This document shows, piece after piece, positions 1 to 11,783 of a stretch of 64,000 bases of DNA. The notes beneath the pieces are model-generated. The model was not told the DNA's origin. It did not search any database and saw only the letters and a program-made list of their open reading frames with translations. Each line of letters starts with the position of its first letter. The first letter of the stretch is position 1. A program made the translations under genes and the position numbers. Source of the stretch: Amoebophrya sp. A120 (Eukaryota; Protista; Dinoflagellata); assembly GCA_905178155.1 (NCBI GenBank), contig CAJINV010000011.1:767982-831981 (forward strand), in the 5' to 3' direction.

Positions 1-2053
1 CCCTTCATCGACGGTCCGCACCCGCTGCATTGTCCGGAAAAGTTCGAAGAGCTCTATGAGGCGGTGCAGATGGGCGCCAATCTGTACAACCAGAACGAGA
101 TCCGCCAGGCTAAGCAGGTTTTGACCACCTACATCCAGAAGTGGGCGAACACCGACCCGTTAGTGGGGATGGAGTGCGCTTTGGGTATGGCGTCTGCGTA
201 CCGAACGCTCACCTTCAGCTACTGTGCAAACCCGAGGACGAACAATAGGCGCGCGTACCAGATAGGACTGAGGATACTCCACCAGGCGATGAACTGGATC
301 ACGCACGTGTTTGTGAAGTCGCAACACGACGCCGACATGATTGACGGGAGTAAGTGGCCGATAACCATCCAGCAGATCAACGACGAACTGACGATCATAC
401 AAAATGTGTTGAAGCAGGACGGTATTCAGAACGGGCACCAGATCCATCCGCGGTTCGCGCCAGGGTTGATCCCGCTCTCGTTTCAGCCGAAGAGCGACGC
501 GGGCTGGGTGTCAGCGGGGAGCACGCCGAAGCACAACATCAGAATCGTCAGCCTTTGCGCCTACCCGGACGACCACGTGTTGCCAAGGTATAGGATTGGT
601 TTATTGATGAAATCTGAACGTTGGTGAACAAAAAGCTCGAGGTGAAGGTCGTGAAGAAAGCTGCGTCGATCGATCAATCGCGCAAGGACCACAGGTTATG
701 CTCATTCAAGATCGCCTTCGCCGCACAACGCGTTGCATCATGCAGCGCGTTTTTGTGCATGTGCGTCTTTGCATGAAGCTTAGACACAAGAACCAAGACC
801 ACCAAATTACATCAGGTACGCCACGTCAAATCACCAGATCTATGCGAAGAAGCACGGCTACAGCTACTACGTCGAGAAAAACCGCTTAGACCCCAACCGG
901 CCGCACGCGTGGGGCAAGATCAAACTCGTCGAGCAACAACTTTTAGAGCCGAACGGCCCGGAGTGGGTGATGTGGTTCGATTGCGACACCTATTTCATGA
1001 ACATGACTGTCACCATCGAGTCCGTCCTGTACCGCTACGCCGGGATACCGAAGGACGAGCTCAATCAGGTGAAATCCAACCAGCCGCGATTCGAAACGAA
1101 AGCAAAGATCCACAACACCAACGACATCATCCTCGACCCGAGTGTGCACATGATCATTGCGGAAGACAATGCGATGCTGAATTCCGGGACCTTTTTCATC
1201 CGCAAGTCCGAGTGGAGCATCAATCTGATGCGGACGGTGTGGGGGGACGCAAAGACCAGTCCCTGGGTAGACCACCCCTGGTGGGAAAACGCGGCGTTGA
1301 CATGGTACGTATGAAGGGTTATGTTGTTTATTTCGAAAAATGCATCCTAACCTCCCCGCCTCTCATTTGCGGAAATTTTTCTTGACAAAATCAAACCGAA
1401 AGTTCAGTGAGGCCTAAACACGCATTGAACATTCAAAAACAAAAACAGGAACTTCCTCAAAGACGTGCCCGTCACGTTCGTAGAGGACGAATCACTGGAA
1501 ACGTGGCCCACCCTGTCCTCCGGTGGAGCAGCGGGAATCCAACTGGGCGGCGCGATGAACAACGCGCCGCAACAAAGAAGCTTCTCCTCCCTTCCCGAAG
1601 AGGAACGAAACTACTGGATATCCAAGGAGATGGAGAACATTTACACGCCGGAAGTCCGCATAGCCCCCCAGCACATCTTCAACAGCTACCACCCAGTAAC
1701 CAGCAGGTTTCAGCACGACACCTGGGAGGCGGGAAAGTACTTTTCGGGTTGTGTGGTTTTATTGCATGAGAGATTTTTGCGCCATGGGAGTTTAGCATGA
1801 CAAAGACAAGTTTTTACAACCTCTCAAACACAACTGTATCAGGTACGTGCTTGCGTTCAACGGTGTTCTGAGCTCCACCAGCCCCACCGTGATCCGTATC
1901 CTGTACGGAAACTATTACCGGGAGGCCTGTAAGCTCAACAATGTAGAATCCGAATGCATACCGGTGGTCGAGACCCTCCCCTGGCTGCAGAGTCACGAGT
2001 CGTTGAAGAAGGAGCTCTTCAAGGACGAAGATTTGAAGAAGGCTGAGTTATAA
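1..2053 (+). CDS. GT34 (GMA12/MNN10-like galactosyl/xylosyl/mannosyltransferase) family protein, 5'-truncated by window edge; exons <1-587, 816-1304, 1449-1736, 1843-2053
   Basis: Three canonical GT-AG introns (588-815, 1305-1448, 1737-1842) join frames to give NHQIYAKKHGY, PHAWGKIKL, WVMWFDCD (DxD), LNSGTFFIRKSEWS and WWENAAL, which are GT34-type motifs. Stop TAA ends at 2053. Confidence 0.85.
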
Positions 2054-3410
2054 GCAGGTCAACACTGGAACTTGACTTTTAAGTCTAATGTCGAAAATGT
2101 CGCTCTCTCATCTTCCGTCAGCGCTATGTGTCAAGATGTCACTGATGTCATCTGCAGCCAAAAGAAAAAGATTACATCAGAAATGCAACTCACAGTGCCT
2201 AGAGGAGATCGATTTACACCTTGTTGACTGATAGCGAAGCACCATTCTGATAGATAAGCAAAAAGAAGAGATTCCATGAGCAAGTACATCCAAGTTGCGA
2301 TATTCATCGGTCCATGCAACTTGGAGACGAGAATGAAACATTTACTCTCCTGCTCCACAGGCAATGTGGTGCTTTGCTGTTCTAGTTGCTGGGTTTCGCG
2401 TTACCTTTGTTTCTGCAGCTGTACGTAGTGCTTGAAACTCTTCTAGTTTGCATTTTCATCTGTTCGTTCAACTTTTCATCAGCGCTTTTTGCCTTTTTAT
2501 CCTGAACTTCTACTTCATCGGACGATACTACGCAAAAGAAACTGAGATCTTTTGAACTTGAACCTTCATAGCATTATTCTGATCCGTGAAAAACAAAAAG
2601 TGGAAGACAAAATAAATGCAGCAAAACCTCCGAAACAACAAGCGAAGCCAAACAAGCGCAAGAGGATCGTACAAGCAAATTTTTCTAGTAGCTAGCTACC
2701 TCTGTAGTTGATATCATGCACATTGATCCTACTTCTGATAGTACCCATGCTAACCGTTTTTTTTTCGATCAAAGATCAAGATTGCGATATTAAAGTTCGC
2801 CGTAGCCATTTTTTTTCGAATTTTTGGTTGCAGAGCTCGCACAAAAGTACGGAAAGTGTTACTGAATCAATTAGGGAGCCTGTGGTCGTGCAACTCTATA
2901 GATTTTAGGGATTGCTCTAGCAGGCAGTGTATCAGTATCTTTCGACGACCTTGAAGTCATCAAGCTATAATTATTCCGTGGTGCACGTGCATAAGTACGA
3001 CCTGCACTACAGAATCTGATCTCTTCACAGGGAACTTTTACCCTGCAGTTTTAACTTTAGCATTCACCTCTAACACCTCTATGACCAAATCTAGTTGAAG
3101 TTTCGTCGGCTGCACTTTCCTGCCTTGGGAACAAGCACACTAAGTAGCGGAGGAGACGATTACGCAAAGAACGACTACACTGTGGCTATTCGGGTGGCAA
3201 ACTCTGAACTGAGTTTTCCTTTTCTGCAAGCGAGGTAGAGATGAAACGTTTTATTTTCATTTCCATCAATGTGATAAACATAAATGCTTTCTACAATTGC
3301 CGTCCTGATGCCTGATTTGCCTGCATAACGGTTGCCGTCTGTAGTTCATCGGCAATAATCAAACTGCAGGTACACACTTCAGATTTCCCGAATCGCTACA
3401 AGCAACCGGA

Positions 3411-6400
3411 ATGTCTTTTTCGAAAGCGATCCCGAAATTCGGGGCGATCCCGAAATCGGCCGGGATCAATGCGGCGGTAAAAACGAACGAGCTTTTGAAC
3501 GCCGCCCCCTCCCAACCCGACATCACGGGCGCCTGGGGCTACGACGAGAATGCGCCGATCAACACCGAGATAAAGATCGGGTACCGCGGCGTCGCCTACA
3601 CGTTACCGAAAAAGAAAAATTATCAAGACGGTACTAGTGCGAACGATAATACCAGTCCGAAGAAGGAGGATCATGATGCGCAAGAACCACCCCAGCCGGA
3701 ACAACCCGGTCCTTCGGGGGAGCAAGCTGGCGAACAGGGCGAGGGGCAGTCCCCGGTGGCAGTAGGCGCCGACGGGGGTGCGGACGCGGAATCTCCGAAT
3801 GGTGCGAATGCCGCCGTGGTTCCCCCGGCGCAACTATCAAATGCAAATGTGTCTGGGTCTGGGAGGATGCGAGGTTTGCCATGCTTGTCTGGCATGACTG
3901 AAGAGTTTGTGATGCGTGCCCCAGAAGAGACCCTTTTGCTTCTTACGCAAAAACGTTGTTTGTCATGCGGAAAGCGTAACACTAAGCAGCGCAGATATTT
4001 CTCATGCTTGGCTGTGCATTACAGAGCACTGACTATTCCCAACCCAGCATTACAAGTTTCCAGACCCAGACATATTTGCAGTTGATAGCAACCGGCGACC
4101 GACAACAGTTTCGCGGGGCGGTTCGGCGCCGCGCGCTTCCTGCAGCCGTTGCCCAGTGCGGGAAGCATTCCGCCACCGGGTGCGTCGTCGGGCACTGCTG
4201 CGATTCCCGGCTTGGGGATCAAGCCGGCGGGACAGGGGTTGGGACCCCCGGCGGTGGAAATGGACCACTGGAATCACCTGTACAACGACGATTTCCGGCC
4301 CGAGATGAAGGGAAAGAAGGGCAAGGGCAAGAAGGGGAAAAAGGACGGCGACAAGTCCTGGGTGCCCTTTCACGAACAGGATCATCAAGACGGGTCGTGG
4401 GTCTGGGTCGGCGGCCTCCCGCACGCGGTCACGGACGAGCAGCTGTGGACGTTGTTCAACACGGTTGGGGAAGTGACGGAAGTGGATGTGAAGCGCAACC
4501 GCGCCCCGCGGGACCCCACGTGGACCAACAACCCGCCCTACGCTTTCGTCAAGTTCGCCACGAAAGAGGAGGCGGAGTGTGCGATTACGGAGTTGAGCGG
4601 CGATACCTCCCTGGGAAACGAGATCAAAGTCAACCCCTCCGTAGCCTCGGCAAACATAGTATCGTATCCGTAGACCACTATTTGTACTAAAGCGAGGATC
4701 ATGATGCAGTAGTTTGTTGTGCTGTGCAACGTGTGAGTAAAAGTTCGTGTACGACACAAGTAGTGTGGTCGTTTCAAAGAAATCGGAAGATCAGCATCAT
4801 CCTCACAGCCCTGTCGTGAAGATGTGAAAATTCACACAAGAAAAACCACGTATACGATACCACCACCCAAATTTTCGCAATTCATAGGCCGCCCACGGAA
4901 AGCTGGAGACCAAGAACGATTTCTCCACTGTGAAGGGCGCAGGGAAAGAAGGAAAGGCGCACTTCCGGAAGGGCGCGGGGGCGCTGTTTGTCTGGAACAG
5001 CGGCCGGAGCGGGTACGACGAGCAGACTGCGACGGTGAATACGAACTCTCGGGACAAGGTGAGAAGCATCGCGGACCTCGGTCGGGACATCGGCACGCGG
5101 GACAAGGTATCCTGTGCAAAAGTATCGTACTCGTAGTAATTGCGTTTATGCATGATTAATATCTTTCTCAGGGTGAATCAGCATCACAAATTTAATTTGT
5201 AATGCTGGGCTAATTTGTAATGCAATTTATACTACTTTTGCAATGCATACAAGGATGGCGGAGGCAGGTTGGATAAAGACCGGAGCCGGGACCGGCGGGA
5301 CCGCGACCGTGACCGCGACCGTGACTACGGTCGGGACCGCGACCGCGATCGCCGCGGCGGCGGTGACCGAGACCGATACCGGGACGACAAATACGGCCGC
5401 GGCCGGGACCGGTCGCGCGATCGCGACCGGGGTGCAGCTGCTCGAAAGGCCGACTCGCGGGGGAGAAAGGACGACAAGAGGAAGCCGACTGTAGTATCCA
5501 AGGCCGCGGGGGGTGACGCCTCCGACAGCGGCTCCGAAGTGATCATTGCCCGCCCGGGGGCCGCCGCCGCGGCAGCCGCCGCTACGAAGTTCGAGAAAAA
5601 CGAGTGGGGCGGTGAGAAGGAGGATAATAAGATGGATGTGGAAGACGGAAACGAAGAAAATAAACCCGCTGCGGGTGGTGCTGGTGCTCCTACAACCGAA
5701 GCTGATGGTGATGCTGCGATGAAAGATGTTGGAGATGAAGATGGCGGCGCTGCGGGTCCTCCTGGTCCTCCTCCTCCTGCCGCCGGCGCATCCGGTCCGA
5801 AGGAACAAGAAGAAACCGATAGTAACGAGAAGCAGGAGAAAAATCTCGACGAGGCGGCGATGGCCGTTGCGGCTTTGATGGCAGCCCGCGATAACAAGAA
5901 GGATCAGTCGAAAGACTATAGCGAAGAACAGCAGGTAAAGGTATCGGATAAAAAACCAGCAGCTTCTTCCGCTGAAAAAGTTGTAGACAAATTTGATGAT
6001 AAGAAAGCTCCTCGTGATCGTTCGCGGTCCCGCGATCGGAAGCAAGACATGATGAAGAAGGACGATTCCCGCGGGCGCGATGCGGGTAAGATGAAACCAG
6101 CGGCTAAGAGGGACGATTCCCGCGGGCGTAATGCAGCGAAGAATAAACCAGCGGCCAAGAAAGGCGATTCGCGTGGGCGCGGCGGTGCAAAAGTACCCGC
6201 GAGGAAGGAAGACAAAGACTCCCGCGAGCGTCGCGGTGGACCGGCTTCTAAGCCTGCTCCAAAAAAGAACGATTCCCGTGGACGCACGACCGCCCCGAAA
6301 GAACCGGCTCCTACTTCCAAAAAGAACAATTCTCGCGCACGGTACACCGCGAAAATTCCCGTCAAGAAGGACGATTCTCGCGGACGCGCGCCTGCTGCGG

Positions 6401-7155
6401 CCAAAGCGAAGAAAGATTCCCGCGGACGCGGTGCTGCACTTCCTAGCAAATCCATGGCGAACGGAAATCGTGCCGACAGCTATCGTGCGGAAAGCTACAA
6501 CAAAACTAGCACGGTGAACAATAAACGCACGGACAGTAAAGCCCGCGCAGCTCCTGCTGCTTCTACCCGGAATGCGCTGGACGTTGATAGCAAGTACAAA
6601 AAACGAGACGACGACTACAAGAAGTCTTCCCGGCGCGGTGACTATGATTACAAAGACGACTACAGCAAAAAACCAACAACTCGGGGTTCGGATCGGGATA
6701 AAGATTTTTACGATGATTACAAGAAAGACGATTACAACAAAAAATCAGCTCGCGGCACAACTACCGGCAGGGGTGATTCCAAGCCGAAGCGTCTGGCGGA
6801 TGATGACTACGACAAACCGCGGGGGGGTGGACGTGGTGACCACTACGATGACTACAAGAAGTCGGATGATAAGTACACATCGACCAAGAACAAGCGCGAT
6901 GACGACTACAAGGGACGGGGAGGTGATTCGGGATACAACGATAAGTACAACGATTCTAAGTACGATTCCAAGTACGATTCGAAGTACAACGACTCCAAGT
7001 ACACCGGTTCCAAGTACAACGATTCGAAGCATGATTCGAAATACGACGACCGGGAACGGGCCCGGGACACGACCCGCACGCGGTATCGCGACAGCTACGA
7101 GGGAAATCACCGGGCCGAGGAAGCCGACCGTTATGATACCAGGAACTGCAGATAG
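3411..7155 (+). CDS. RRM-containing RNA-binding protein with long RD/RS- and DSRGR/YDDYKK-repeat low-complexity region; exons ~3411-3834, 4093-4640, 4888-5107, 5255-7155
   Basis: RNP2 VWVGGLP and RNP1 PYAFVKF are present. Frames join after removing elements 3835-4087 and 5108-5249 (each plus one TSD) and an intron ~4641-4887 (GT...AG; donor position not certain). Confidence 0.8.
3835..4087. mobile_element. Introner-like TIR element, family A
   Basis: TIR TATCAAATGCAAATGTGTCTGGGTCTGG / CCAGACCCAGACATATTTGCAGTTGATA; TSD GCAAC; removal of 258 nt keeps frame. Confidence 0.93.
5108..5249. mobile_element. Introner-like TIR element, family B
   Basis: TATCCTGTGCAAAAGTAT...TACTTTTGCAATGCATA; TSD CAAGG; the TSD allows a canonical GT-AG register (5107-5253). 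Confidence 0.92.
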
Positions 7156-7700
7156 CAGTGATGAACCACATTGTATCCGTAGCACTTTTAACTACCTGAA
7201 AATTAATAAACCACGTAAGTGTATAAGACTAAAAACGCTTTAGAATTACCCCTCCCACACAAATAACATAACTACCCAGCCCATGCCTTGCTTATGAACG
7301 CAAGAAGATCTAAAATTTGAAGCTGCGCCGCCTGCTGCTCGCCCCAGTTGTGTAGATAGACAACTTTTTTGAAAGTGTAACTACGAATTGGAAATGAATC
7401 ATAATGAGGAACAGCCGTTTTATACTTTAACCTGAACAGAAATATAAGGTTTTCAACACGCCCCTGTCGTAAGTACTAGCAGTCTTTAGTTTCCTCGTTT
7501 TGCTTTTGTGTACGAGGAAGATGTGTCATAGAAGAGGTAGAGATACGAGTCAGGTCGGTAGAGAACCCTTTCCCTTCGGTCGCGGGCATGCTGTGTTGAC
7601 AAAACAAAGACCATACTCCAGAGCTGCAGCTCTTGCTCTAACTCTGGATTATCTTCCGCTTAATATTGCATGTGGTTCACCATCGTGTAAGTTTAAGTAG

Positions 7701-8188
7701 CCATTCGCTCCGTGTTGGCACGACGGGAAAAGGCAAGAACACGACGGTCAAGGTCCAGGTCGACAACCTGCCGGCGGACATGAGTGACGGCGAGTTGCGC
7801 ATGCTGGGAGAGAAGGTGATGGTGAGTCCGGAAAAGCTATGCTCTGCAAAAGTATCGTACTCGTATAGTAGTACTACATTGCGGTGATGCATGACAAATG
7901 CCTTCTCCAATCTGAATCAGCATTACAAGTTTCTTGTTGCCGAAATTTGTGATGCTATCTATGCTACAACTACTACTACGATGCTACTTTTGCAATGCAT
8001 AAAAGCTGGTCTCCACGGAAATTTTCCCCGACGACGAAAACGACGACGTAACCTGCGGGTTGCTGATGATCGCGGACGAGGCCGCTGCGGCGGAGGTGGT
8101 GCGCCGCATGAACGGAAAACGATTCCCGAAGTCGACGGACTCCGGATCCGAGCAGAAGCGGTTGCGGGTGTATTTTCCGAAAGCGTGA
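7701..8188 (+). CDS. Divergent RRM-like coding segment (separate gene or terminal exons of the 3411 gene); start unresolved
   Basis: VQVDNLPADMSDGELRMLG...TCGLLMIADEAAAAEVVRRMNGKRF...LRVYFPKA* after removing element 7838-8001 plus TSD. Confidence 0.6.
7838..8001. mobile_element. Introner-like TIR element, family B
   Basis: TATGCTCTGCAAAAGTATCG...CTTTTGCAATGCATA; TSD AAAGC. Confidence 0.9.
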
Positions 8189-9185
8189 CGAGGAGGGTCT
8201 GGAAGGCGAAAGATCATGGTGCTTAGAAGATGATCTGCCAGGGCAAGCAATAGGATTCGGATTGAAACGATGACTAGAAACACTTCTTGGACAACTTCTC
8301 TTCGATATAAACGAAGTAGATTTTGTGGTTATTAGACAACAGCGACAGCCAGACCTACAACCGGGGCTGCACACCACCAAAAGCTGCCCTTAGGTCTTTC
8401 CTTATGGAAGATGATTTTCAAAATTCACATTGCGATCGAAGGAGAAACAGATGACTTTTTGAAGAAGAGCAACGTTTTGCTATACAACAGCGACACTTCT
8501 TTTTCATTCTTTGTACCCGCGTCTGGGAATACAGCAGGCTAGAGTTGCACACGCTGGATTTTAGTACCCCTTTCGGAAAATAAAGTCAAACAACTGGATG
8601 AGACTTCTAATAGACTTCTAGCGAGTTGTCCTTAGTAGCTGTAGACCGAAATTACGGATTTGAGTTAATTTCCGGAAGATGCATTTACTTAGCCGACAAC
8701 CAGAGTCAGAAGCTTGGACAAAGGAGTATCAATTATACATTTCAACCACTTGTCCTCTCAGGTACCGGAAAAAAACTAATCTGAAAAAACACAAAAAAAA
8801 TAGCCGTAAAAACCAAGCGCCTGCTGGCGATCCGAGCTTTCTGCCATTGCCGACACGGGCGCAGTGGCGCTCTGTATTCTTTTGTTTCACCCCGCCCAGC
8901 TCAGTGGAGATGGTTCCGTAATTTCGATCTTACAAATTTTGGACCTGCGATTTTTGCGGACTCTTCAGTTTTCTACTTACTCACCCCCGACGATCAATCA
9001 TGATGAATGCGGTAAAAAATCTTTGAACGGTCGTTTCGTGTCAGTTTTATCGATTTATTGTGTTTTTAACCTCCCCCTTGGCCTTGGGTTCCTCTTCCTG
9101 TTTGAATCCGAGCCACTTGATGTAGGAGTGGCTCTGGTAATTATAGGGTCTACTAACTTGTTGTTCTTTCGAACCATCAAACATA

Positions 9186-10973
9186 ATGAGAACCACGACA
9201 TTGCGCGCGCGGCAGTTTCCGTCGGCGTTGCCCGCCCGTGCCTATACTCTTCGCAGCCTTGCAACTACAGCAGGGGTAGCGCAGTCGACCACTCGTCCCG
9301 GCGCTTCCTCGCAGGGCTCCTCTGCAGAGCGATGGTGGAACGTGGAGCCAGTGACCGCGAATTTCGAGGCAACAAAGAGCGAAGACGAAACACGACAAGG
9401 AACTCTGGATGCGTCTTTTACTTCAACATCCTCCCCCTCAATATCTTCGTTTGTTGTACCCCGCGGCGCAAAGGAGGTGGAGTTGGAAAACAAGAACCCT
9501 GCGCGGACTCATCTGTTCCCCCCCGGTTTCGCAACTTCCACCTCGTCTTGTTCTTCCCGAAGGCCCCGCCTACCGACGAAGGCCGCGTTTGCGAAAATTG
9601 GAAACAGCTTGGTAAATTTTCGCCAGAAGTCTATCGCGACGCCCTATCACGAAGAGGAGAAGAATGAGTTTCTGGTGAAGCTAGCAAAGATCCTCGAGAG
9701 CGTCGTGGGGGACAATGCCAAGGTCGCCCCCTTCGGCTCCGTCGTCAACGGCTTTTGGTCCCCCTCAAGCGACATTGACATCTGCATCCGCGTGCCCGCT
9801 GGGGCGACCACCCGGTCGAGTCAGATAAAGATCTTGAAGCGAGTAGGGAACGAACTGGCGCGAGTCTCCTCCCACTTCATCGAACCGAGATTTGGTGCGA
9901 AAGTCCCGATTGTCCACTGGGCTCCGCGGGCGAAGGGCATGTTGGCTTGCGACATCTCTGTGAACAACGTCTTGGCCGTGGTGAACAGCAAATTAGTGTA
10001 CCAATACGTGCTGGCAGAGCCGAAACTGCACACGTTAGGTATGTGGTTGAAAGCGTGGGCGAGCGCGCGCGGGATAAATGATAGAAGCAGAGGGACTCTA
10101 TCCTCCTTCTCCATTGTCCTGATGCTGATCAACTACCTGCAGACAAAATGCTACCTTCTTCCCTCGATCCAGGACCTGGCCATTGCGCGGTCCTACGCAC
10201 CGGTGTATTTGCAGGGGGTTGATTGCCGGTTTTGTGATAATGTAGAGCAGATAAAAGAGGAAGTTTCATTTCTCCAGGAAAAGAACAAACCGTTTCTGGA
10301 AAACCGGCACAAGGAATTCTACAAATTGGTTTTGGCAAGAGGCAAAGGTCATTGCGCCGTCGATAGCGCCGGCGCCGGGACTTCTACATCAGTCGCAGCA
10401 GGTGCAGAAAATCTCACAGTCGATAGTGTTGCAGAAGAACGCGAACAAGAACTTGCCAGTCTTGGCTACCTACTCTGGGACTTTTTCAACTACTTCGCAT
10501 TTGAATACACGGGGGGCGTGATCGCGGTGCGAGATATTAGCTCCTACAACGTTGGACTTGGAGCAGACAGTAAAAACGGTGTCGGTGCAGCTTTAGCTGC
10601 AACAAATCACCTGCAGTCTGCAAATTCCTCCCGCTATCTCCATGTGGACAACCCCTTCGAGATAGGCAAAGACGTCGCCAACGTCGAGGTTGCGCTCATG
10701 CGGCAGATTCAGCGCGAACTGAAACGGGCGGCCAGGATGCTAGATGGATTTGTGACGTCTTCGAGTGCGCGGGACGATGCCGGGGAACATGGCAAAAATC
10801 ATGATCAGGGTGGCGCCCAGAGTGAAAGTAGTAGTGCTGCTGTTGAGCTGCACTCCTATCAGGAACCACGAGGTGCACCATTCATCAACCCATTCGACGG
10901 AACAGTGGATCCTTTGCACACGTTGTTGCACCCGTGGCAAGACGAAGTTTCGAGTAGAAATGAACCTTTTTGA
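9186..10973 (+). CDS. Non-canonical poly(A)/poly(U) polymerase (Cid1/GLD2/mtPAP/TUTase family, Pol-beta nucleotidyltransferase), intronless
   Basis: PFGSVVNGFWSPSSDIDI (GS...DxD), AKVPIV, CDISVNN, KAWASARGIND...GTLSSFSIVLMLINYLQ and PAP-associated VDNPFE motifs. Confidence 0.9.
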   Translation: MRTTTLRARQFPSALPARAYTLRSLATTAGVAQSTTRPGASSQGSSAERWWNVEPVTANFEATKSEDETRQGTLDASFTSTSSPSISSFVVPRGAKEVELENKNPARTHLFPPGFATSTSSCSSRRPRLPTKAAFAKIGNSLVNFRQKSIATPYHEEEKNEFLVKLAKILESVVGDNAKVAPFGSVVNGFWSPSSDIDICIRVPAGATTRSSQIKILKRVGNELARVSSHFIEPRFGAKVPIVHWAPRAKGMLACDISVNNVLAVVNSKLVYQYVLAEPKLHTLGMWLKAWASARGINDRSRGTLSSFSIVLMLINYLQTKCYLLPSIQDLAIARSYAPVYLQGVDCRFCDNVEQIKEEVSFLQEKNKPFLENRHKEFYKLVLARGKGHCAVDSAGAGTSTSVAAGAENLTVDSVAEEREQELASLGYLLWDFFNYFAFEYTGGVIAVRDISSYNVGLGADSKNGVGAALAATNHLQSANSSRYLHVDNPFEIGKDVANVEVALMRQIQRELKRAARMLDGFVTSSSARDDAGEHGKNHDQGGAQSESSSAAVELHSYQEPRGAPFINPFDGTVDPLHTLLHPWQDEVSSRNEPF

Positions 10974-11783
10974 AGATCATGATATGGTTGCAGCTTGAGG
11001 ACGACCTTCCAGGTGCACATCAGCGACAGCTGTAGTACATAGACAACATCTAACGAAAGCTAAGGAATAAAAAGAAAAAGTGAATAAACACCACGCAGAG
11101 TGGCTGACAGCAAACGAGAGTATGAAAAAGTGCGCACAGTCGGTGTATTTTTTTTCCGAGTTGCACTCACCGAGGTTAAAACAGCACGCAATTAGCGTGC
11201 AAAAATCGGTTTTAGTAAAATCACTTGATAAAGCTAAAGTTTTCTGATGTCAGTGTCGCAAGTCTATATAGCCTTCGGCCCGTTGCTGTGGTATTCTAGT
11301 GATTCTGTCTGCTCCCGTTTAACTCGATGAAACAGGGACCCCCCTCAGTGCGGCGCAAGGATCCCTTGGAGGGAGGAAGGAGTAGTAAATATGCGGTGGG
11401 GGCATTGCTAATGGTAATGCTATATCTTTTCGTTCACTCAACATGATCTCTTGAAAATGAAATTGTAAATTGAGTTGATTGGTACTTAGTCGTAACTCGT
11501 AACAACAGCACTGTGTAGGGGTAGAGCTACTAGTTGGTGGCTTGTAGTACGACCACGTTGCGATTTGTTGAGTTGTTGCGATTTACTTACTTAGCATACG
11601 AACGCGAGTATAGACGTGTAGTCTTTAGCTATAGAAGGCTTGGAGGTTCTTCTTGTCGCTTTCAACATTACTTTTACCACTTTTACGATTTACATCGAAA
11701 TTTGAACGTTTTTTTCCCCCCGTCACTTTTCTTTTGTCATTTTGGTTTTAGCATAAGTTTCGAACTTTTTCACATCATCAAAA

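Noticed and set aside
5270-7100. Tandem GACCGC/GATTCCCGCGG/TACGATTC repeats
   Set aside because: Explained by the RD, DSRGR and YDSK amino-acid repeats of the RRM protein.
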